A DNA stretch of 63,562 nt, the filler included, from Conidiobolus incongruus B7586 (Eukaryota), in assembly GCA_000697335.1 (NCBI GenBank). It is 6 parts of 6 records of this genome, joined end to end, with 100 filler letters (N's around TTAATTAATTAA, not from the genome) between each part and the next. Parts side by side here need not be neighbours in the genome. Positions count along the whole stretch, not along the records: positions 16,349 to 37,989 come from JNEM01006048.1; positions 38,090 to 52,826 come from JNEM01006050.1; 4 more parts are not named here. One strand, 5' to 3'. The position numbers and the translations under genes are program-made. The notes beneath the pieces were generated by a model, which saw nothing but the letters and a program-made list of their open reading frames with translations, was not told where the DNA came from and did not search any database. Below, one piece after another: positions 26,128 to 38,374 of this stretch (position 1 is its first letter; every line of letters begins with the position of its first letter).

Positions 26128-29100
26128 ATGATCAGATCTAAATTAATATTCAATACAAATTATCCTATTAATCTACAACATATTACTCATTCTATCAAAT
26201 ATGTAAAATTTCCACAGTTAGATTATTTAAAGTCAAGATATTTAATTAGTGGTTCATCTATTGATATAATCAACACAATATCTACTTCAGCTCCTAGAAA
26301 ACGCGGTAGACCTAAGAAAACATTAACAACTATAATTAATGGTAATTTATCGAGCCAATATCAATAATATAACATTGATCCAATATTTAATTGATAGAAG
26401 ATGAAATAGAAGAAAAAAGCGACAGCCAGACAGAATCCGAAACCATCCCACCTACTACTACCACAACGCCTGCATATACTAAATTACTGAATTTTGTATC
26501 GACATATCAGAGGGAAAACCCAAATCACGTGGCTTTAATCAGAGTGGGCGATTTTTACGAGGTACATCAAAATATTCTTATTATAAAATAATGACCAATT
26601 TATACTATATAATACTATTTTAGCTTTACTTTGATCAAGCTGACATTGTTGGAAAAATTCTCTGTTTGACCGTAATTACTAAAACTGTCAAGGGAATATC
26701 TTTTAGATTTACTGGAATTCCTTCGAGAACGCTCCACCGCCACTTAAATACCTTAGTATTGCGTAATAATCTTTGTGTTGCTGTGATTGAGCAGTTTCAA
26801 GATCCCAAAACCAAAATATTTCATAGGAAAGTCGATCGTATCTATACACCAGGTACTTGGAGTGGTGAGGAGGAAGATGAGCATAGCAGGATTAATAATT
26901 ACTTACTTTCGATTGCATTGGATCAATCTTTATCTCATAATAATAACTCAGAGCTAACGAATGGAATTACCGATGCTAATGATGAATTAGCGATGGCTTG
27001 GGTTGATTTATCCACTGGTGACTTCTGGGTAGGAACTACGAAATTGAAAGATTTTCATTATGAATTAGCTCGCCTTCGACCTAAAGAGATTGTACTTAGT
27101 GAAAAATTGATGGAACATCCAGTTTTAACGCGTAACTTTAAGTCTTGGCCATCTATTATCACATACGAACCAGATTCAACTTACGATAAATATTGTTATG
27201 ATAATACCTTAAATTACTTGAGAAATCAATTAGCTCAGTTTACTTCTTTAGAAAATAGCGCAGGTATAGGCTTATTAAACTATATTGAAAAAACTCAGGG
27301 CGGAAGACCTTTGGATTTAACTTTGCCTCTGAAAGGAGATTCCGAGCATCGCATGAAAGTTAATCTTACAACAATGAGAAGTTTGGAGTTATTTGAAACT
27401 CAATTAACTGAAAACTCAAATATGTCTCCCACTTCCCTAAAGAATACACGTGTGACATGTCAGAATTCTTTATTCCATCTACTTGACCAATGTCAAACCA
27501 GAGGTGGTTCACGATTGTTAGCTGAAAGGCTAACTTCACCCTCTACCAATCTCAGTGAAATTGAAGATCGATTAGACCTCATCGAATTTTTTGTTCAAAA
27601 CCCTCATCTCCTTTCCCAAATCCAGCAACAACTCAAAGGAATTAAAGATCCTCCTCGTCTTTTACAACGTATCAGTATGGGTCAATCCCATCCTAGAGAC
27701 CTATTAGATTTGCAGCGTTGTTTATCACTCTTCCACTCTATCAAAGAAATACTCTCAAATTTTGTCGATAATAACAATGCACCCAAATCAGTTATCTCCT
27801 TATTTGACCAAATCGATGAATTCGATACCTTACAAGAAAGAATTAACTCAACAATTCAACCACCTCCTGACAGCATTGACGATCAATTAGAGACAAATCA
27901 GTCCTGGATCAATCCCACTTTTAATGATGAATTGGTGGAATTGCACAACCAGAGGAGTCAATTGAATCAAAATCGAGCTGATATGGAAAACGAATTACAA
28001 TTCTTTTCAGGTAAAAAATTAACATTGATTTTTTAAATAAATTATCAACTATGTTAATAGGCCTTAAGTCTCTGAAATTATTATCCAACAATTTATTGGG
28101 TCAATACCTCGAAATACAGACCAAAGATAGGGAAAAATTCATGAATTATGTGGAATCTGCCAAACTGCAAATCACACCTTTCCAATCCCTTAAAGGCAAG
28201 ACGCGATACTATTTCAAGCCATGGACGAAATTAGCCATTAAACAGCAAGAAAATGAGCAATTAATCAATCGGACGGAGCAAACTATTTATCAAGATTTAA
28301 TCGATGATATATCCCTCTACTCCGGTAGAATTCTCATTAATTTTCGGTTGATCGCTCAGATTGATTTGGGAGCTACTATGGCACAACTTTCGAATCAGTA
28401 CCACTTGACAAGACCTAAATTTGTCCTGGAGCCAACTATTCATATTAAGGGCGGCAGACATTTGGCTGTCGAGCGAAGCTTAATGGATAAAATGGTCAAC
28501 TTTGTGAGGAACGATTGCTATTTAACAGGTCTTCGAAGCTCTAAATCCATTTCACCCAAAAATACATGGATTATCACTGGCCCAAATATGGGTGGCAAAA
28601 GTACATTTTTGCGACAAACTGCCCTTATTTCGATCATGGCCCAATCTGGTCTCTTTGTGCCTGCAGAAGTTGCAGAATTGGGTATTGTCGATCAAGTGTT
28701 TTCTCGAATTGGATCCGCTGACCATTTAACTCTAAACAAATCAACATTTTTCTTAGAGATGGAAGAAACTGCTCACATTCTTAACAATGCGACACATCGA
28801 TCTCTAGTCATTATCGATGAAATCGGTCGTGGTACATCCTCAGATGAGGGATTAGCATTAGCTTACTCCATCTTATATCGTCTACACGTTCAAATTGGAT
28901 GTTTGACTCTATTCGCAACTCATTTTCACCAATTGGCTGAGCGTACTAACAAAGAGTTGCCTGGAGTTATACCTTACTATTCAACTATTAAAGAAGATGA
29001 AGAAGGGTATACCTATTTCCACAAACTCAAATTAGGTGTATCGATTACATCCCACGCAGTTCGTGCAGCCCAGTTAGCTTCCATGCCGCAGGATGTGATC

Positions 29101-29423
29101 TTAATGGCTGAAAATATTCTCAAAACTAAGAAATTTTCACAATCTGCAAGTGATATAATACCCCAAAATACTAATTACAACAATGATCAAGAGCATAATA
29201 CACAACAGTTACAAGTAATTACACCTGATTAACATTTTTGAACTAAATTAACATTCAATTAATTAGGAAATGAAAACTTTAATAGAATCTATAGATTTTG
29301 ACAAGATGAGTATAACTAAAGGTAACTACTCAAAATTATAAATCTTTGACCATAAATTAATATTTTTTAATAGTTCAAAAATTAATTAACCAATTAAAAG
29401 TAGAAGTTAAAAATTGGAAATAA
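26128..29423 (+). CDS. MSH1: MutS homologue 1 (mitochondrial mismatch-repair protein)
   Basis: Basic N-terminal presequence; domain I LIRVGDFYE|LYFDQA; RIYTPGT; ATPase ITGPNMGGKSTFLRQ, STFFLEMEET, DEIGRGTS and LFATHFHQL; several short introns. Confidence 0.9.
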
Positions 29424-31055
29424 TTTTTAATAAATAGTATTGCAAATTTTAAAATTTTGATATTTAATCAATAAATGTATGATGAACTAAATAAAAAATT
29501 TTAATTCATTTGGATTTGATATTTTTTCTACAAATTAATTAAAATTCAATAGTAATAAAAACTACAAAGTGCTTTAAATAGTAAAATTAAAAATTGGGGT
29601 AAATATTTAATTTGGATCATTATCCTAGTTTCTATTAAATTTAAATCTAATTTTAACATAACATCCGAATGATGTATTGAAATAATACCTCATTGAATAT
29701 ATTGGATAAAAAAGTCTTACAATTTGGCTAACAGACAATAATTAATAAAATTCAATTGAAAATCATCTTCATCCAATTCAGTGCCCGACTCTTCCAATAA
29801 ACCCAATTTTTTGAGAAAATTATAATACGATTCCATTAAAGTATCAATTTCATAAAATGCCAAATAATTGAAATGGACAAAAACCAAAATTATGATATAA
29901 TTCTCTATTGTTAGAGAATAGTTCACATTAATTAAAACTTTTTCACATAGAATTTTCAAATTAGTTAGGATATATTAATTAAAAAAATTACAATCAATAG
30001 CTTAAATTTTCAATTTTTTTTTGATCCATTACGATATAAATGTTATTATACTTAGTTCCCAAGTACCTATCCCTATAAATTACATTACAAAATTAATTTT
30101 TCACTCTTCTCCCCAATAATAGAAAATAATCCTCCTTGACAAATACAGGAATTCTAGCACCCATCATGAATTAGTTGAATATATCAAAATCGAATTTTGG
30201 AGTGTTGCCAACGTGTTTATATAATAGATTGAGAGTTTGGTGACAACCTTTTTAAATTGCTGCTACTTTTTTTGGTGATTTTTCAAATTGTATGAGATAA
30301 GCTGTCAACTTTTTAGGAATAGTCGTAGTCTATTCCCACTATATGCATTAATTGACAGAAATAGTCACGGTTCTCAAATCAGTGCATCTTTTAGTATAGA
30401 TTTTAGATATACGAAATTCATTTATAAATCATAGATATTAACTTCAATTTATAGTTGTTTAATTAAATTACTTTTATATTTTATCATTGACAATATATTA
30501 ACCAATTGTATTATAAATTTGATCATGTTGAAATCGGATATCTATTAAATATCTCTTCATTTTCCAATGGTATCAAAATTATAATTAATTAGTAATTAAA
30601 ATTATATATAATAATATAATAATATAATAATATAATTATGAAATTAAATTATTTTAGATAGATATCATTAATAAATTAAGCTAGATATTTGTCCAATTAT
30701 TTTTCATTTAAGATTTTATATAGTAAAATATTTTATTATGTTTACATTTAAAATCAATCCTAAGAGGATCATTAGTTTATCATTACTGATTAGAATAATC
30801 AAATCAATATGTTATATTATTTTAGATTAAATTAACAAAATATTAAAAATATATCAATCAATTCGAAAACTAATAACTTTGCGTGTATCTGGAGTAGCTT
30901 TGAATTATAAAAATTTACTAAATTTATAAGCAGAATTTAATCCAAATTCAAGTTTTATCGTTTAGAATGAACCAAACATTGCTAATTAAAAATTAATAAA
31001 GTTGATGTAGAAATAAATGATAATTTGTGATTATTAAAACATTTTCCATAAATGT

Positions 31056-32960
31056 TTATCTTCTTGAGCTATATCTAGATCTCGATCTGGAAGGAGGAGT
31101 TCTGGATCCAGAGGAAAGTGATCTCGATCTAGATCTTCTGGGGGAACGAGAGCGAGAACGACGACGTCGATAACTAACGGAACTAGATCTCGAATCTGAT
31201 TCCGAAGCAGAGTCGCTGTCACTGGCGCTGCTGCTGTCGGTGTCACTACCGGAACTGTCGGAATCGCTTTCTTCCTCCCTCCTCCTCTGAGCTTCTTCAA
31301 TCACCTTCTGCAAGTGAGCTCTCAACTCTTCGGTCAATGCACCGAGGCCAATACTCGTGAAGTAATTAATGGCGAATCGCGTGTTTTTGGGCGTATCGGT
31401 GGGGAACATGCCTTTGAAGGCGTCTTGAAATTCAGGATCCTTGAATCTAGCGTTCAATTTAGAGATTCCGATAAATTCAACGATCTCGTTGAGTAAAATC
31501 TTCAAGAAGATACGAGATGCTGATGTAGTAGTGTCTTCAGAGAGTTGAACGATAGAAAACACGGGCCATGGGATGGCGTCGGTGGCTAAAAGATGGCCGA
31601 AGAATTTGGCAATGATGCGGAGACGGTTAGTTTCGTAACGATGTACATTCTGGAAAATATCGATGAATACTGCTTCGAAATGCTCGGACCACTTGTATTG
31701 GAGTCGACAGAAACGTTCACCCAAGAGACCATAGAATTTGTTGTAGGTACGTTCTTGAGAGGCACACTCGACAATCATATTACAGAATTCGGTTTCGTCC
31801 TCAGGCTGGAGTTGGATTTTGAGTAATTTGTGGGCACATTCTTCGAAATCAGCACTGGATTTGATAGTTAGGTAAATACTACGACGTAGATTGATCAAAT
31901 TGGTTCCTGTCTTATCGTGGATTTCGACGGTTTTGTTAGTGTCGACAGGTTCTTCATCGCTTTCATCTTCTTCAGATCCACTTTCATCTTCTTCATCCTC
32001 GTCGTCTTCATCATCGCCCAAAATTTCTCTTCTAATTTCAGCGTACCTTTCTTCGTTTTCTTCATAGTCTGGATCGTACTTAAATGCGGATAATTCTTCG
32101 TGAGGGTTGACTTCATCATCGTCCAATTCGATATTGTGGGTGATTTGATCTTCCTCCTCAACCAGATCGAGTTCAGTAATAATACTTGGATGATCTTTAA
32201 ATTTATCGCGACGAATTTGGAACAACACTTCGATCATATATTGAATTCTTTTATCAACATCACCTTCGTGAAGAATAGCTCTGAATCTTTCAAATACAGC
32301 ATTAGTACCCTTGGGAGACACTTCAGATAAATACTGACCACATTCCTTCATAAATCCAACAGCAATTTCGACAGAGTCGTCAGTAGGTTTTTGAAGTAAC
32401 AAAGCCAAAATTTGTAATGCTAAAATTTCATGCACCAATTGATGATTGATCAAATGCGCCAAAAATGTCAAATTAGCCAAACAGATAGGCTTATCGTTTC
32501 TCCTGTAAGCTCTACGGAACTGATGGATCAAGCGGAATAGTAACAATCTGCCAATATCGGGCAATTTAGAGTTGATAACACCAATCAACGACGCGTAGAC
32601 GGGAGTAAAAGGGATCGAATTAAACTGAGCTTTCATTAATGACCTACATAACAATCCTTGGCCCCTTATTAAATTCTCTTGAAACAATTCTGGAATAATT
32701 TCTTTAATATTGGACGTATTCACTTTGTTGATAAGCCCATTAATGGATTTTTTGAGAGCCTCCCAACTCATGCGCTGATAATCCTCACTCTTTTTATCCT
32801 TAATTTGTTCTTGCAACATTCGTAACTTGGCGGGAGGTATGTAAGCACCACCAGTTCTGAATAATATATTCATGTTGTTGCTACTGGCATTTGAAGGTTG
32901 GGAAGGTTCGTCAATTTGCGTAGTTGCCGGTCTTTTTAAACTATTATCTCTACTGGGCAT
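31056..32960 (-). CDS. CWC22: Pre-mRNA splicing factor CWC22 (MIF4G and MA3 domains, RS tail), intronless
   Basis: RTGGAYIPPAKL, YQRMSWEALKKSINGLINKVN and NTRFAINYFTSIGLGALTEELR. Confidence 0.97.
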   Translation of the reverse strand: MPSRDNSLKRPATTQIDEPSQPSNASSNNMNILFRTGGAYIPPAKLRMLQEQIKDKKSEDYQRMSWEALKKSINGLINKVNTSNIKEIIPELFQENLIRGQGLLCRSLMKAQFNSIPFTPVYASLIGVINSKLPDIGRLLLFRLIHQFRRAYRRNDKPICLANLTFLAHLINHQLVHEILALQILALLLQKPTDDSVEIAVGFMKECGQYLSEVSPKGTNAVFERFRAILHEGDVDKRIQYMIEVLFQIRRDKFKDHPSIITELDLVEEEDQITHNIELDDDEVNPHEELSAFKYDPDYEENEERYAEIRREILGDDEDDEDEEDESGSEEDESDEEPVDTNKTVEIHDKTGTNLINLRRSIYLTIKSSADFEECAHKLLKIQLQPEDETEFCNMIVECASQERTYNKFYGLLGERFCRLQYKWSEHFEAVFIDIFQNVHRYETNRLRIIAKFFGHLLATDAIPWPVFSIVQLSEDTTTSASRIFLKILLNEIVEFIGISKLNARFKDPEFQDAFKGMFPTDTPKNTRFAINYFTSIGLGALTEELRAHLQKVIEEAQRRREEESDSDSSGSDTDSSSASDSDSASESDSRSSSVSYRRRRSRSRSPRRSRSRSLSSGSRTPPSRSRSRYSSRR

Positions 32961-33304
32961 ATTTAAAAATAAAAATTTATCTTAATGAAAATAAATTATA
33001 ACTATTTATGAACTTATAATTTAAATATACTTTTTAAAAAAAAACTTAACCTTAATATTTTCTCTTAGATTAAATGAATTTTAATTATTATTTTTTGTGG
33101 AGTTAGAGATTAATTCTAATTTTATAATTAATAAATCTTTTTATATTATTATGGGATTAATATAAAATCAATTTAAAATCTTTTAATTATTAAATAGGGG
33201 TGAGAATAAAAATTAGTATTTGTTTTAAAATTTGAGTATATCTTGTTAAGTTACAAATAGAGTTAATATTAAACGCTGTAAATTTAATAAAATAATATAT
33301 AAAA

Positions 33305-34972
33305 TTAATTTTTATTAATTGGACGTTTGATATGGAGGATATGAATTAATGATTGAATTATAGTAGCCATGACGAGGCGAAGGGTGTTAATCAAAATAAA
33401 CATTAGGATAATGAGTGGTTGAAGGGATTCCGTTGCCAGTATCCAATCCATAATATTCATAAAACCTAGGACGAATAATTGATAGACGTAAGAATTCTGC
33501 TGGAATTGAGTTTTCATGAAAGAATAATAAGTATCTGTGAGATTTTGACCAGATTTAGCACCCGGTATCGAGAATTGATTCACTGGGTGATGTGGATCCG
33601 ATTCCGATATCCATGTAGAAGACGCTCCTAAAGCCTTGGCGATTCGGACAGAGTTGGCGACACACCCCTCTAGGAGTGGAACTCCTGGAAATGTGTATGA
33701 TCCTACTACCCAAATATTGTCCTGACCCTGCAATTTATCCAACTCGTCAAGTTTCTTTTCGGATTTAGGATCAAAATATGCCCTCCACAGTATTCCAGAT
33801 TTGTAAGTGAGATCCTTGCTGATCGGAACCAATGGGTTAGTCGTTTGGATCACTGGAATTTCGCCCTTGATATGGGGTTGTGAGATATTGATGCATGTAT
33901 GTGCCATAGATGATGAATAATCATAAGGATCATTGGGGTTACATGGTGAATCTGTTGTAATGGATCCCTGTTCAATATATTCTTGATCGATGAAAATGTT
34001 ATTGGATGCCCAGTCGGATTTGGACTGAGGCATACAAGATAGGTCTGAGTGAGTAGTCACTTTAACAGGAATACATTGAATTTCACTCAATAGGGAAGAA
34101 AGGGAAGTCGACTGATGTTTTAGGAGTTGATGCGCTTGGGCAGGAGGCGTTGCGATGACGACATCGTCATATGATGTCGCAGTTCCATCATCTGCAGTAA
34201 TTAAAATTTTCTTATCACCATTAACCTTAGTTCGAATCGACTTTACACCAATTGGAATAAGCTTAATTCTAGGGTGATCCAAAAGTTTCTGACATAGTAC
34301 ACGAACGCCTCCTTTAACCTTATAATGAGTATTAGACAATAAGCCCACGTTAAAATAATCTACAATAATTTTAGCAGGATAAGCCTCTACATCTTTAATA
34401 GAACAAGTCAGTATTGATGCCAAATAAGGGATCAACAACGACCTAATGAATTCTTTGGAAAATCTGCGCTTTGTCAAAAATTCCATTAAACTTTCATCCA
34501 TATCCTTCAAAGATCCCGTGAATTTCAGTTGAAGAGCTAAAGAATAGAATCTCAAGCATTCTAATCCCAACTTTAAAGAATTGAACCGTATATCATTCAA
34601 ATTCCATAGTGATGTAGATTGAATACTCAAATATTCAAAGATTTTATGTTTGATTTTTATATCGGTATTGTTAAACTTTTCATAGGAAAATACGTTGATA
34701 TAAGCTTTGGCTTCGACTAACTCGACATTGAAGTGATTCACTAAGCTCATCAAGTTGGGATAGTAGTGCGGGGAGATCATTCGCATAGGAGCATCCACCT
34801 GGTGAATTGAAGGTACCTCCCCAGCACTGAAATTAATATCCACAGATTGAGCACTCATACCTATGCATCCCGACTTCTCATAGATCTCTACTTGAAATTC
34901 ATCGGATTGAGCAAGTAAATGAGCCACTGTCAGCCCAGCTAACCCAGAACCTATAACAGCAACTCTTTTCAT
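33305..34972 (-). CDS. FAD/NAD(P)-binding oxidoreductase (amine-oxidase / COG2907-like) with hydrophobic C-terminus, intronless
   Basis: Rossmann motif KRVAVIGSGLAGLTVA...IYEK; VDAPMR...YYPNL; QGQDNIWVVGSY..PGVPLLEGCV. Confidence 0.8.
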   Translation of the reverse strand: MKRVAVIGSGLAGLTVAHLLAQSDEFQVEIYEKSGCIGMSAQSVDINFSAGEVPSIHQVDAPMRMISPHYYPNLMSLVNHFNVELVEAKAYINVFSYEKFNNTDIKIKHKIFEYLSIQSTSLWNLNDIRFNSLKLGLECLRFYSLALQLKFTGSLKDMDESLMEFLTKRRFSKEFIRSLLIPYLASILTCSIKDVEAYPAKIIVDYFNVGLLSNTHYKVKGGVRVLCQKLLDHPRIKLIPIGVKSIRTKVNGDKKILITADDGTATSYDDVVIATPPAQAHQLLKHQSTSLSSLLSEIQCIPVKVTTHSDLSCMPQSKSDWASNNIFIDQEYIEQGSITTDSPCNPNDPYDYSSSMAHTCINISQPHIKGEIPVIQTTNPLVPISKDLTYKSGILWRAYFDPKSEKKLDELDKLQGQDNIWVVGSYTFPGVPLLEGCVANSVRIAKALGASSTWISESDPHHPVNQFSIPGAKSGQNLTDTYYSFMKTQFQQNSYVYQLFVLGFMNIMDWILATESLQPLIILMFILINTLRLVMATIIQSLIHILHIKRPINKN

Positions 34973-37729
34973 ATTCAAAATTCAATTATTAAGAACTCAA
35001 CTGTTCCACATTAATTATTTATAAGCTTATTACTTCAAATTCTTATATTATGGTTTATTAAATTCATCATACAGAATTCAATTTAATGAACGCATTCTGT
35101 TGAAAATACCGCAATTTAATTACTCACTTGTAACACTTGAAATGGCCCTAAAAATAATCTAAATATAATTATATCAAATTCAGAATCAATTCTAATATAT
35201 TGGTCTCGAATGTGGCATCTAGTAAAGAGGCTCTAATTAGCTTTGCTATCAATTTCAATTTGAACAAATGCCATCTAATAAATAGCGTCTATAATTAAAA
35301 GGTATTGGGGCTTCATGGAAAAACTTTTAAGTTTCACAGATTTTAAAATAGTTAAAATAATTTAATTTAAATGGTTGAATTATTGAATTTTTTTCTAATT
35401 TTGAATTATAAATATAAAATATTACTTTAAGAAAAAACTATCAATATTATTAAATAATTTTTTTAATGAAGTTGATTTGTAATATGTAATATATAATATA
35501 TTTACATATTTTTTCTGTTTTTATAATATTAAAATTCAAAATTAATATATAATTAAATTAATTAAATAATTTTATTGTTCCCATAATTTTAAACAAAAAT
35601 TTATAAACTAATTTAGTAATAATTCTAAAAAAAATTCCTAAAAATATTGTTTAAAAAAATTTTTAAGTAATAATCCGAGATTTTGACAAAATTATCGGAT
35701 TATTAATTGGTCAAGATTGAAATTGGATTTTTTATTTAAATTTTCGGGATGTTAATAATAAATAAAATGGTAATTAATTTGTATCACTGAAGACATTTCA
35801 TAAAATTTTTAGTTTTGATCAACCATTTTGACATCATTAATAAATATATATATCAACAATTAATCTTAGTTAGATTCTATATTATATAATATTTTCTATG
35901 TTAGATAGCCTTCTAATAAGTCATTATTTGGATTTACAATGTAGCAAATTTGTAATTTATCATTCAAAATAGTATAATACTTTTTTGTATATTAGCATTA
36001 AGGATATGAACAACTTGATCAAAATATTAGCCTATAGCCATAATACAACCACCATTATCAATGCAACTACAAGTCAATTGACCAAAGTCAATCTCTTTCA
36101 ATTCATCAAAATCTTGGATAATTTGCCAAATTAATCATCAATTAAACCATAAATTTTAATCATGAACCTCACACCGAAAGCGTAAAATCAAGCAATAATC
36201 ACCAATCCTACAATGACTTTCCAAATAAAACCAGTATAATTACTATAAGTCAAAAGTCAATATATTTAAAAAAATTGACTAATAGTTTATAAAACAGTGA
36301 TTATCTCTTAAAATTCTACATCAAACATATTAATGCAACATATTTTAAAATACACAATTTTTTTAGTTTCCTTAAATTTTTTAATTTAGTGTAACTTATC
36401 AATAAAGAAAAAATAAATAATTTAACCATCTACTAAATTTGGACATTGAGTCTTAATTGTTATTATTATTATTATTATCAAATACTTTTTCAATAAAAAT
36501 TTCTTTTTTCAATATTCAATATAAATCAAATAATTAAAAGTTTTAATTTAATATTATATTTTTTATTGATATTTTTATAACTATATAAATATATTATATT
36601 TATTATTAATAATTAGACATCTGTCAAGTATTGAAACTAATTTTGGACCCTTATTTATATAACATCTTTAATATAGCTAAATTATTAAAGTTTATAATTT
36701 TAAATATTCTTTTTTTATTTCTAATATTGAAATCAGACTCAATACACCGAAAATAGCCTATATTATAAAGGCAATTTTTGTTTAATTGATATATTTTCAT
36801 ATGAATATGCTATAATTAAATGTGTTTAAATATTGCTAAATATAAATGTTAAATGATTTTTAAAGATCAATTGTGCTAGATTGTGAGAATTTTAACTTAA
36901 ATCAAACCATGAGTTTTGGTCACTAAATTATTATTATTGTAATCTTTTTGGAGGGGTGATATCAGAAGGTATTTTACAATACTATGTATTATTTTATTTT
37001 TGGAAGAAAAATTAAAATAATTTGGATATAATACTATATTTGAATATTATTTGAAATTATATTTCATTAATGATTTTAATTAATAGGGTTAAAATATAAA
37101 TATCTTTTTATAATAATATTTCAACTAATAAAAATTTTAATATTAAATAATTATTAATCATTAATATTTTTCATTTGAGATATATATCATAGAAATAATA
37201 ACTATTATATCATAAAAGGAAATACTATTTTAATTACTAAATGATTATTAAATTTTTTAATAAAGTTTATGGAATATAATATTGGATATATTATATTATT
37301 TAAATTAACTTTAATTTAAAATGGTATTTGAACTATATATAAAATTAAAAATATAAGAAAATATAATTAGAAAATAAATTATAATATGATTAATTAAAGG
37401 CTTATTCATAGATTAATAATAAATCAAATTATTAATTAAATACCTCAATATTAATCCCAGTGATATAATTAATTTTTGAACGGCTAAATTTTGTTTATTT
37501 AATCTTCAAAAATTCTTAATTGGAAATGGTTTCATATTTAATAACCATGATACTAATTTAAATTTATTTTTTATGCATATAATTTTATAATAAATAAATT
37601 TATAATATTTGAGATTATTATATATTTTTAAATGAATATTAAAAAATATTTGTTGTAAAATTAATAAAATAATATAAATTCAAAAATTTAATTATTTAAA
37701 AATAAAAAATCAATAGATTCAAATAATAT

Positions 37730-38374
37730 TATTAGTTAAATAGGAAAAAATAAAAAATTGGTTAATTTAAGATTATTTAAATATATAATTAATTTATCAA
37801 ATAAAAAATATATATAAAATAAAAAGATAGTCATTTTAAACTTTTTATATTAAAAATAGAACTATTTTAATAAATATAAATATTTGAATTAATTATTATA
37901 ATTTGAATATAATTATATTATATATTAATTATCAAAAGTTTTTTATTTTTATATTATTAGAACTTAGCCATAAACTTTTTCAAATTATTNNNNNNNNNNN
38001 NNNNNNNNNNNNNNNNNNNNNNNNNNNNNNNNNTTAATTAATTAANNNNNNNNNNNNNNNNNNNNNNNNNNNNNNNNNNNNNNNNNNNNTAAAAGTTGTT
38101 TATAAATTTTAAATAATTATTAAGGGTTTATGGTTAAGTTTTACTAATACTAAAATAAAAACTTTTGATGATTAATATTTGGTTTAATTATAATTAATTT
38201 AAACAACTAATTTTAAAAAGTTAATTTTCTAATCAAAAAAGTTATTATATATATATAATCTAAAACTATATAATTTTCTATTTATTTTGTATATATTTAT
38301 TTATTCAAAATAAATAATATGCTTGAAAAATCAGAAAATAAAAAATTTCCCATTATTTCAAATTTAAGGTAATA
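37730..38374. mobile_element. Putative non-autonomous TIR element (MITE-like); inverted arms flank the assembly gap
   Basis: 37930-37989 (atcaaaagttttttattttt...cttagccataaac) is inverted relative to about 38115-38172 (gtttatggttaag...aaaaacttttgatg). The right arm matches 15657-15950, and a similar terminus lies at about 334-365. Confidence 0.45.
37990..38089. other. Assembly gap with artificial linker
   Basis: N44-TTAATTAATTAA-N44. Confidence 0.97.

Noticed and set aside
29717..29959. 80-aa minus-strand ORF ending at a possible GTAAG donor
   Set aside because: TTG start and no identifiable product or consistent exon chain.
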